Program-made: the position numbers and the translations under genes
NCBI GenBank assembly: GCA_002726235.1
Contig: PBSN01000004.1
Location: 37,279 to 101,278, forward strand
DNA from: Nitrospiraceae bacterium
GTDB lineage: Bacteria; Nitrospirota; Nitrospiria; Nitrospirales; UBA2166
Direction: 5' to 3'
DNA: 64,000 bases
Notes under the pieces: model-generated
The model's input: only the letters and a program-made list of their open reading frames with translations
What the model was told of the DNA's origin: nothing
The model's database searches: none
Shown: positions 38,414-46,365 of the stretch, piece after piece
Position numbering within the stretch: the stretch's first letter is position 1
Layout of the letters: each line of letters begins with the position of its first letter

Positions 38414-39619
38414 CTAGGTTGGATAGTGTGCGTTGAGTGCAACGTAAGCGGGAGTCAGATCAGTAGTCCAAATCCGATCATGCCCTTGACCAATTCCAAG
38501 GTCGATGGTGATGGTAAATTCTCTTTTTCTCAGGACTTTTTTTGCAGCTCGATCAGATGCGATGCCTATACCAATCCCATTTTTGACGACGGTGACAGTA
38601 TCAAAGGCAAGAGAGATGCGGTCAGGTTTGATTGGGACGCTCGCTCGCCCAATCGCCGCCATGATACGTCCCCAGTTGGGATCTTGACCGAACATCGCAG
38701 TTTTGACAAGATTTGAGGTGCCAATCACCATTGCCATTTTCTTTGCATCGCGTCGCGTTCGAGCTTGATTGACGACCACTTGGATGACTTTAGTTGTTCC
38801 TTCGCCGTCATGGCAAATTTGTTTGGCCAAATTGAGACACACTTCTGTGAGCAGACGTTGAAATGATCGCATTGCTGAGGTTTCTAGGCGAATTCTAGAG
38901 TTTTTAGCGAGGCCGTTGGCAAGGCAAAGCACCATATCGTTCGTACTTGTCTCGCCGTCTATTGTCACCGCATTGAACGATTCCTCAACCGCGAATTTCA
39001 ACGCGTGTTGCAGTGCTGTACGCTCAACCTCTGCATCTGTCGCGAGATAGCCAAGCATCGTGGCCATATTGGGGTGAATCATGCCTGCGCCCTTCGCGAT
39101 TCCCCCAATGGTTACGAGTTTTCCTGAAATGTTTGCCGTGGCGCTCGCCTCCTTAATGCGAGAGTCTGTGGTAATGATCGCGCGTGCTGCATTGCGTCCG
39201 CCCGATGGTTTTAATTGCCTGACCAATTCTGGAACGGCTTTTCGAATGCGTTGGATGGGAAGTGGCTTCCCAATAATTCCCGTAGACCCCACACAGACTT
39301 GGTTCGGTTTGAGATCCAATGCCTCTGCGGTGAAACTGGCCATATTAATCGTATCTGATAGTCCGCGTTGTCCGGTACAAGCATTTGCGTTTCCGCTGTT
39401 AGTGATAATTGCACGAATCTTTCCTGCACGAATATGGCGCCTAGTAACGGCAACCGATGCTGCGGAGCATTTGTTGGTGGTGAACACTCCAGCTGCGGTC
39501 GTGTCATGTGTGGATAATATGAGGGCGAGGTCGAGTTCCGGTGCACGTTTAATTCCGGAATGGATACCTGCGGTAAGAATGCCAGGCACGGTCGACAGAC
39601 CAGTATGTTTGGCGCTCAC
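38414..39619 (-). CDS. argJ: Bifunctional glutamate N-acetyltransferase / amino-acid acetyltransferase
   Basis: GIKR...DLALI, NSGNANACTG, the autoprocessing site region MATMLGYLATDA, and the C-terminal YVALNAHYPT-like YV..N..Y.T. GTG at 39619 overlaps the argC stop (GTGA) and gives 401 aa. Confidence 0.9.
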   Translation of the reverse strand: MSAKHTGLSTVPGILTAGIHSGIKRAPELDLALILSTHDTTAAGVFTTNKCSAASVAVTRRHIRAGKIRAIITNSGNANACTGQRGLSDTINMASFTAEALDLKPNQVCVGSTGIIGKPLPIQRIRKAVPELVRQLKPSGGRNAARAIITTDSRIKEASATANISGKLVTIGGIAKGAGMIHPNMATMLGYLATDAEVERTALQHALKFAVEESFNAVTIDGETSTNDMVLCLANGLAKNSRIRLETSAMRSFQRLLTEVCLNLAKQICHDGEGTTKVIQVVVNQARTRRDAKKMAMVIGTSNLVKTAMFGQDPNWGRIMAAIGRASVPIKPDRISLAFDTVTVVKNGIGIGIASDRAAKKVLRKREFTITIDLGIGQGHDRIWTTDLTPAYVALNAHYPT

Positions 39620-40686
39620 GGAAAGATTCCTACCACGTCCAAACCGGTGGATTCCAAATTCCCAACCATGAGGTTCATGGCTTGGACGGCTTGCCCTCCA
39701 GCACCTTTTACCAAGTTGTCGAGTGCCGCTAACACCGTTGTCCAACCGGTCCGTTGATCGACATATACTGCGAGGTCACATCGATTCGACCCACGTACAT
39801 CGTGTGGATTGGGCAGTCGATCCTTCGGGGTTATACACACAAATGGTTCATCGTGATACCACTCTTGGAAGATAGCTCGAAGATCCTCAGTCGACATCGG
39901 AGTCCGAAGTCGCACAAATGCCGTGCTGAGGATTCCGCGATTCATTGGGACACGCGTTGGTGTAAAAGTCACCTTAATTTCTGATTCAGGCGCAGATGTA
40001 TCTCGCGGGTATCGATTCGAGACCTCACGTAATCCTTGCTCTATTTCCGGCGTATGGCGGTGATGCCCAAGGTTATATGCTTCAACTCCATCATGTGCTT
40101 CTGAGAAGTGGGAAGTGAGGGTGGGTTTTCTCCCAGCTCCTGAAATTCCAGATTTTGCGTCGATCGCAATGAGATCATTATGAATCAAATGTTGCTGCAA
40201 TAACGGAGCTATCTGCAGTATTGCGGCTGTCGGGTAACAACCCGGTGCCGCAACAAGGAGTGCGTTTCGGATCCGTTCACGATTGAGTTCAGGCATCCCA
40301 TACACAGCTTCTGACAGTAATTCCGGAAAGAGGTGCGCAGAACCGTACCAGGTTTGGTAAGCCTCGGGATCGTTGAGCCGAAAGTCTGCACTGAGGTCAA
40401 TGACTCGCAGTCCGGCTTTGAGACAGGCATCCACTGCCGGCATCGATGTCATATGTGGGAGCGCTAAAAATACAAGGTCAGTCTTGCTGGCAAGCTGGGT
40501 GGCATCAAACATTTCAAGGGTGAGCGAAAAACGGCCTGCGAAGTGAGGAAATACCTCTTGGATGGGTTTTCCCGCATTGTGCTCTGACGTGACGGCCGAA
40601 ACGACCACATTGGGGTGTCCGGCCAGTATGCGAAGGAGTTCAGCGCCGACATACCCACTCGCACCCACAATGCCGACACGCAACAT
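39616..40686 (-). CDS. argC: N-acetyl-gamma-glutamyl-phosphate reductase
   Basis: MLRVGIVGASGYVGAELLRIL and active-site region APGCYPTA. 356 aa. Confidence 0.95.
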   Translation of the reverse strand: MLRVGIVGASGYVGAELLRILAGHPNVVVSAVTSEHNAGKPIQEVFPHFAGRFSLTLEMFDATQLASKTDLVFLALPHMTSMPAVDACLKAGLRVIDLSADFRLNDPEAYQTWYGSAHLFPELLSEAVYGMPELNRERIRNALLVAAPGCYPTAAILQIAPLLQQHLIHNDLIAIDAKSGISGAGRKPTLTSHFSEAHDGVEAYNLGHHRHTPEIEQGLREVSNRYPRDTSAPESEIKVTFTPTRVPMNRGILSTAFVRLRTPMSTEDLRAIFQEWYHDEPFVCITPKDRLPNPHDVRGSNRCDLAVYVDQRTGWTTVLAALDNLVKGAGGQAVQAMNLMVGNLESTGLDVVGIFP

Positions 40687-40974
40687 GTGATCGGACTACA
40701 AGTTCGTTCCGCCTAGCACGAGCCGGCCATTGAGAAGTCTGATTTTGTTTGCGAAGAATGTTGCATTTCCACGCATAAAATAGTCGGCAGGTTGCTCCAC
40801 AGAATGTTCAAAATTTCCCCAGCGTGGTCATTGTGGCGAATTGGCGACACACACAGATTGAAACCATGAGACATACGAGGCATAAAGCCGGAAGCCTTCT
40901 TCAACATCCATACTAGATGCACGGGGAAACCAGCGAAAACAAACTGAGATTGAGGCTGATGCGCTGACGATATC

Positions 40975-41367
40975 TCAGCGTTTGGAAAACTGAAACTTTG
41001 CTCTAGCGCCTTTTTGACCGTACTTCCGCCGTTCTTTTTTTCTAGGGTCACGCGTGAGAAAACCTTCCTTTTTGAGGGTTTCTCTGTATGTTGAATTGAG
41101 TCCAACAATGGCTTTTGCAACCGCGTGTCTTAGGGCGAGAATTTGTCCCGTCTGGCCTCCCCCTCGAACAGTGGCGTGAATATCGTATTTCCCTAATAAC
41201 CCTGTGATCTCAAGCGGGGGTTGCATCATCAGCTTGTGTGATGCTCGTTGGAAATACTCATCAACTGCACGGGAATTGATCGTAACCTGGCCTGTTCCTG
41301 GCGTTAGCCACATTCGCGCAATCGCATTTTTGCGTTTCCCTGTGGCGTATGATGTCGTAGCGTCCAT
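40975..41367 (-). CDS. rpsI: 30S ribosomal protein S9
   Basis: GKRKNAIARMWL...GGGQTGQ...LTRDPRKKERRKYGQKGARAKFQFSKR. Confidence 0.95.
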   Translation of the reverse strand: MDATTSYATGKRKNAIARMWLTPGTGQVTINSRAVDEYFQRASHKLMMQPPLEITGLLGKYDIHATVRGGGQTGQILALRHAVAKAIVGLNSTYRETLKKEGFLTRDPRKKERRKYGQKGARAKFQFSKR

Positions 41368-41531
41368 AAAATAAGTCCTTCTCTTTAAGTGTTAGTTAAG
41401 ACTTGCCGTAGAGCTGAGTGGTTAGACATCGGCACTTAGCCATCATAAATACATGAAGGCACGTGCATCCATTCATTTTTGTTATTGTTTTCCGTCTTTC
41501 TGATGTCCAGCTATTGACCTGTATCTACTAT

Positions 41532-41960
41532 CTATACCGTCAGTGGCTGTGGTTTTTGTGCGCTATGGGGGTGTTCAGGCCCCGCATAGACGCGAAGTTT
41601 TGCGGCTAGTTGCTTTCGCAACTTATTTTTCGGAAGCATCCCATATATTGCCTTACATAAGAGATCGGTGGGCTTCTTTTCAAGTAATTGCTCTGCAGTG
41701 ATTGACTTGAGTCCACCTGGGAATCCTGTGTGATGATGGTAAACTTTTTTCTTCAATTTCGATCCGGTGAGATGAATTTTCTCTGCGTTCACAATAATAA
41801 CGTGGTCGCCAAGATCAAGGTGTGGAGTGAATGTTGGTTTATGCTTGCCGCGAAGAATACCAGCCACTCTGGACGCTAATCTTCCGAGGACCTTTCCTTG
41901 GGCATCAATGACATGCCATACGGGAATCATATGTTCAGGTTGAGCGGGACGGGTTCTCAT
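41532..41960 (-). CDS. rplM: 50S ribosomal protein L13
   Basis: [49 protein letters not shown]. 142 aa. Confidence 0.95.
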   Translation of the reverse strand: MRTRPAQPEHMIPVWHVIDAQGKVLGRLASRVAGILRGKHKPTFTPHLDLGDHVIIVNAEKIHLTGSKLKKKVYHHHTGFPGGLKSITAEQLLEKKPTDLLCKAIYGMLPKNKLRKQLAAKLRVYAGPEHPHSAQKPQPLTV

Positions 41961-42423
41961 CGCAGTTAAACCTCATATATTTTTTTCCGGAATTTTGCGG
42001 ATCAAGCTTCTGCAACCACGCGTCCAGTTTTTCTCCGGCGCGATGTTTCATGACGTCACCTGTTGCATAGATTGGGCAAGGCACCCGTAAGGCAAATGCG
42101 ATGGCATCACTTGGACGTGCGTCAATGGTGTGTTCCGAACCGTTCATTTTGACATAAATAGCAGCATAATACGTATTGTTGCTGATATCGGTTACCACCA
42201 CTTGAGTTACGACGAGTCCGATATTTTGTGCAATGTCCTTGAGCAGATCATGGCTTGTGGGGCGTGGGGGGACAACGCCTTCCATTGCCAAGCGTATGGC
42301 ATGCCCTTCTGCTCCCCCAACCCAGATTGGAAGAACCTCAAATCCACCTTCTTTACGAAGGACGACGACCTGTGTATCTGTGTTTGGATCAGCAAGGACT
42401 CCATGCACTTTGAGACGTACCAT
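41935..42423 (-). CDS. Bifunctional nuclease (BFN/DUF151) family protein, copy 1
   Basis: [46 protein letters not shown]...TYYAAIYV...[14 protein letters not shown]. The 3' end overlaps the rplM start by 26 nt. Confidence 0.75.
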   Translation of the reverse strand: MVRLKVHGVLADPNTDTQVVVLRKEGGFEVLPIWVGGAEGHAIRLAMEGVVPPRPTSHDLLKDIAQNIGLVVTQVVVTDISNNTYYAAIYVKMNGSEHTIDARPSDAIAFALRVPCPIYATGDVMKHRAGEKLDAWLQKLDPQNSGKKYMRFNCDENPSRST

Positions 42424-42432
42424 CGTGCCGCA

Positions 42433-42888
42433 TCACACCTCATATTTTCCAAAGTCCTCTGGCTTGAGGTTCTCAAGCCACCGATCGACCTCTTCGGCAT
42501 CGTGCTTTTGGATCACATCTTCTGAGGCGAATATGGGCGCTTCTGTCCGAATGGCAAAGGCAATGGCATCGCTCGGTCTGGCATCGATAGCAAAAAATGA
42601 GTTCCCATAGGCAATATGGACTTTGGCATAATACGTGTTGTCTTTCAAGTCAGTAATGTTGGCACTCAATACCTTTGCATCAACCGAATCGACAAGAAGT
42701 TTCATCAGATCATGAGTCATTGGGCGTAGAGTGGGAACGCCTTCAAGTGCAAAGCTAATTGCGCTGGCTTCTGGCTTCCCAACCCAAATCGGGAGCATAT
42801 TCTGAGTCTCTTCGCATCGTAGCAAAACGATGTACGAATTATTGTAGGGGTCAAACATCAATCCCCGAATTTTCATCTGGGTAATCAT
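42433..42888 (-). CDS. Bifunctional nuclease (BFN/DUF151) family protein, copy 2
   Basis: YIVLLRCEETQNMLPIWVGKPEASAISFALEGVPTLRPMTHDLMKLL...TYYAKVHI...[14 protein letters not shown] is paralogous to the adjacent gene. The start is uncertain (42888, 42876 or 42960). Confidence 0.7.
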   Translation of the reverse strand: MITQMKIRGLMFDPYNNSYIVLLRCEETQNMLPIWVGKPEASAISFALEGVPTLRPMTHDLMKLLVDSVDAKVLSANITDLKDNTYYAKVHIAYGNSFFAIDARPSDAIAFAIRTEAPIFASEDVIQKHDAEEVDRWLENLKPEDFGKYEV

Positions 42889-43030
42889 CAAACCTTCGTT
42901 GAATTTTACACGCTGGACGCGCTTTCGGCCTGCTACCCATGTACCATTTCCCTTGCCCAAGTGTCAATGTAACAGTGCACATTGCAGGATTGATGTTGAT
43001 GTGCTGAGAGCGCTTCTACGCTAAAAATTG

Positions 43031-43270
43031 TCATTCTTCTTTTGGGAGATTGAGAAATGTCCACATCTGTTGCTTGAGTTGATCTCTTCCGCTCGGATCG
43101 CCAAGGTTGAGGCGTAACTCGTTGATCACCATTACGCGCATATTTGTCCATTCGACCCAACACGGACGACAAACATTGGCCTTAATCAATGGTTCGATTT
43201 TTCCCATATAAAGGGCTTCCTCAATCGGGTCTCCTTGGGTCCCGCACTTTGAACACTGCTCTATTGGCAT
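43031..43270 (-). CDS. YggX-like Fe(2+)-trafficking / oxidative-damage protection protein
   Basis: 79 aa. The pattern C..C...G...........W..W......INE.RLN...P..R..L...M..FL matches YggX as I recall it. Confidence 0.65.
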   Translation of the reverse strand: MPIEQCSKCGTQGDPIEEALYMGKIEPLIKANVCRPCWVEWTNMRVMVINELRLNLGDPSGRDQLKQQMWTFLNLPKEE

Positions 43271-43303
43271 ATGGAACTTTTCACCATCTTACGTGTGCTA
43301 GAG

Positions 43304-43942
43304 TCAGATGTCTTCTAAACTGGCAGGTTGATTTGGTGGCGGGTGATCCTCAGGTGAAGGATCCATTATTCCCAACCCCAAGGCGATGGTCATGATCACG
43401 ATTCCTGCCCCTAACCACCATACGTAGGGCTGGACGCCACCGACATCAGACAATGTTTGGTTCCAGATGTTTCCGGAAACTCGTGGCTGACTATGGAGCA
43501 TGTCAAGACTTCGCTTCACATGGCCGTAATACAAGTAATTGGAGAGTCCTCCAGCAACGATTCCCCAGATGAAAAGGGGTTCCATGCCCTTCAGTAACGA
43601 GATAGTCAGAAAGGGACCGACAGCAAACACAGCGGCGTACAGATACATTTTGCGATAGAGGAACCATAACCACCCCACCAAAAATGGATACCAATTCCAC
43701 GTTAGGGCAAACTGGTCGCCCCCTTCCCCCCGAAAACGTTCGAATTGCTGCAAGTAATATGTGGACCCTGGGCCAAGAAACTTGACCCAATCTTGCTGCT
43801 CGGAGGAAACGTGAGGCGAAGAAGCTGGCGTGGAAGGAGTGTCGGCCTGTTTTTCCGGAGTGCGTTGGCCGCAATCGCTACAAAAACGTGCATCATCTTC
43901 AAGTTGTCGCCCACACGACCCGCAGGGTTTCGTCATGTCCAC
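43304..43942 (-). CDS. Zinc-ribbon plus DUF2628-like membrane protein
   Basis: N-terminal CGSCGRQLEDDARFCSDCG zinc ribbon and a P/S-rich linker. Followed by WNWYPFLVGWLWFLYRKMY-type TM region. Confidence 0.6.
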   Translation of the reverse strand: MDMTKPCGSCGRQLEDDARFCSDCGQRTPEKQADTPSTPASSPHVSSEQQDWVKFLGPGSTYYLQQFERFRGEGGDQFALTWNWYPFLVGWLWFLYRKMYLYAAVFAVGPFLTISLLKGMEPLFIWGIVAGGLSNYLYYGHVKRSLDMLHSQPRVSGNIWNQTLSDVGGVQPYVWWLGAGIVIMTIALGLGIMDPSPEDHPPPNQPASLEDI

Positions 43943-44040
43943 ATTCCGCTTTAGTAAAATCGCTTAATTTTCATCGAATTCCGCATTCTATCTGGAAGAG
44001 GCCGTAGTGTCCATATCACGTTTTTTGTGTGGCCTCTCCT

Positions 44041-45213
44041 TTATGTGATCATGGTAATTCCTAGGTATGCAATTGCAACGATAAGCATTCCTCCAGCGGT
44101 AAGGAATGCTGCGGGATATCCGACGCTTGAGATGAGAACCCCGCTCATAATAGGTCCACTGGCATGGCCGATATCCAAGAGGGTGCCATACACTCCCATT
44201 GCAGAACCCACGAATCGCGGTTCCGTGCTATCCCCAACCAATGCGGCACTCGCCGTCATGATTGCCGCATCGCCAAAACCGAATATTCCGGCAAGCACGA
44301 GTAATCGTTCAAATTCGCTAGTGAATGTGATGCAGGACATCGCGAGAGCACAAAGTAAAAGTCCCAGAAGAATCAAGGGCCGCCGGCCTATTGCGTCAGA
44401 TGCCCTCCCAAGCAAGGGTTTTGATACAAGTGCAATTGCACTTTGAATACCGAACAAGAAGCCGATTTGTGTTCCACTCAGACCAATAGAGAACCCGTAG
44501 AGCGGAAGAAATGCCATCAGAACCCCAGTGCTGACCATTTTCGACATTCCTGCAACGCTGGCGGCAAGGACCGAACTATTGCGAATCACAGATCGTACAC
44601 CGGTTGACATCATAGGCAAGATGTTTTTGATGTTCATCGGCTCTGTACAACGCGTGAGCGCTGCTTCGGTATCAGCAATGTGGACTTGGAGGATCAGCAA
44701 GAGCCCTAAGAGTCCAATCACTCCAGCGACGGCGAACGCGTCGGAAAATGTTGATTGGTCAAGGAAAAACCCACCTGCCAATGGACCAAGAAGTGCGCCG
44801 GATTGAGTCGAAGCAGTATACCATCCTATCCTCGCCCCTCGCTTATCAGCAAACATTGATGCAACGGTCGCAAGAGCGATAGGTGCGAATACCGCGGTTG
44901 CAAGTCCGTGACACAACCGCAGAACAAGCAACGCTTGGAGGTCTTCAATAAGAAGATAGGCAAAGGGTGCGATTCCAAAGGCGATTGCCCCGATGATCAG
45001 CAGACGTTTTCGACCAATGATGTCAGAAAGAATACCCATGGGAAGCTTGAGAAACACTCCGGTCATTGTTGAGGCTGCGACGATCACCCCTATTGCCTCC
45101 GGTGTAGCGCCAAGTGATTCTGCGAACAGCGACAGGAGTGGCATCCGAACGAGGTTGTAGCTAAAGAAGCAACTCAACCCCGCAATGCAGAGAAATAGAA
45201 AAGGGTGGGTCAT
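44041..45213 (-). CDS. MFS transporter
   Basis: 390 aa, about 12 TM. MFS loop motifs GILSDIIGRKRLL and GRASDAIGRRPL. Confidence 0.8.
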   Translation of the reverse strand: MTHPFLFLCIAGLSCFFSYNLVRMPLLSLFAESLGATPEAIGVIVAASTMTGVFLKLPMGILSDIIGRKRLLIIGAIAFGIAPFAYLLIEDLQALLVLRLCHGLATAVFAPIALATVASMFADKRGARIGWYTASTQSGALLGPLAGGFFLDQSTFSDAFAVAGVIGLLGLLLILQVHIADTEAALTRCTEPMNIKNILPMMSTGVRSVIRNSSVLAASVAGMSKMVSTGVLMAFLPLYGFSIGLSGTQIGFLFGIQSAIALVSKPLLGRASDAIGRRPLILLGLLLCALAMSCITFTSEFERLLVLAGIFGFGDAAIMTASAALVGDSTEPRFVGSAMGVYGTLLDIGHASGPIMSGVLISSVGYPAAFLTAGGMLIVAIAYLGITMIT

Positions 45214-45234
45214 GCGATCACGTAAGTCTGTGAC

Positions 45235-46365
45235 TTATACGTGATTGACGGTGGAGGGAGGGGGAGTGTCGGAATCCGGACGGCCTTCAATAATGAGATC
45301 TGGGCCGATGTGTCTGACGTGCAGGTCAGTAAGCATAATACGGTCTGCTAGTGTCGACTGTGTGGATCCTTCGAGAAGTGAGCGCGCACCGTGGCCACCT
45401 AGAAACATTGGGGCAGTCATGAGGAGTACATGGTCAACGATTCTGGCTTCAAGGGCGGACGCGTTGATATGAGAGCCACCTTCGATCATGATGTGCGCGA
45501 AGCCCATTTGGCCCAAATGGGCCATCAATAATGGAAATGAAACTCTCCCATGCCCATTGCTGACCTCAATGATCTCTACTCCTTTTTTTTCAAGAACGCC
45601 CTTTTTAGTTGGGTTGGAGGTTGCGCATGCGATAAGTATTCTGACTCCTTGATATGCTCCGATGGCATTTGCTTCGAGGGGAATTCGGAGCTGAGAATCG
45701 ATGATCACTCGATGGGGTTGATGACGATTTTCTCCGGGTAGACGGACGGTTAGTGATGGATCATCCATAAGAATGGTGCCGATTCCAACCAACACCGCAT
45801 CAACGCGTGAGCGAAGTCGATGAACGTAACGTCGCGCGGGAATCGACGTGATCCAACGCGATTCGCCGTTGGCGGCGGCAATTTTTCCATCTAGCGTTGA
45901 TGAAATTTTTAACGTCACATAAGGGCGTCCGGTTGTAGCCAGCTTTATAAACGGTCTATTCAAGCGTGACGCTTGTGCTCTGCATACTCCGTCAGTGACG
46001 TTGAGGCCGGCCTGGCGTAGTGCATGAATCCCCTTTCCGTTCACCGCAGGGTTTGGGTCTGTCATTGCGACGATTACCCGCGCCACACCACTAGAAATGA
46101 TTGTGGGGACGCAAGGTGAGGTTCGTTTATTCTCATGAACGCAGGGTTCAAGAGTGACATACAGCGATGAGCCGCGGGCTTTCTCTCCTGCGTGTGCTAG
46201 CGCGTGTACTTCCGCGTGAGGTTCGCCGATGGCGTGATGGTATCCCTGCCCGATGACCTGCCCATTCTTAACAACTACCGCTCCAACCATGGGATTTGCC
46301 CCAGTTCTCCCCAGCCCTTTCGTAGCAAGGCGTAATGCCAGGCTCATATGGGTGACATCCGTCAT
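45235..46365 (-). CDS. ribD: Bifunctional riboflavin biosynthesis deaminase/reductase
   Basis: NPMVGAVVV..G...G.GYH...GEPHAEV.AL, LEPCVH deaminase zinc motifs, and a C-terminal RibD reductase domain. ATG at 46365 overlaps the ppdK stop (ATGA). The ORF-track 46548 start runs inside ppdK. Confidence 0.9.
   Translation of the reverse strand: MTDVTHMSLALRLATKGLGRTGANPMVGAVVVKNGQVIGQGYHHAIGEPHAEVHALAHAGEKARGSSLYVTLEPCVHENKRTSPCVPTIISSGVARVIVAMTDPNPAVNGKGIHALRQAGLNVTDGVCRAQASRLNRPFIKLATTGRPYVTLKISSTLDGKIAAANGESRWITSIPARRYVHRLRSRVDAVLVGIGTILMDDPSLTVRLPGENRHQPHRVIIDSQLRIPLEANAIGAYQGVRILIACATSNPTKKGVLEKKGVEIIEVSNGHGRVSFPLLMAHLGQMGFAHIMIEGGSHINASALEARIVDHVLLMTAPMFLGGHGARSLLEGSTQSTLADRIMLTDLHVRHIGPDLIIEGRPDSDTPPPSTVNHV

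Noticed and set aside
40713-41120. 135-aa ORF overlapping the 3' end of rpsI.
   Set aside because: It overlaps a certain ribosomal protein gene in another frame and extends into the argC-rpsI spacer. No motifs were seen.
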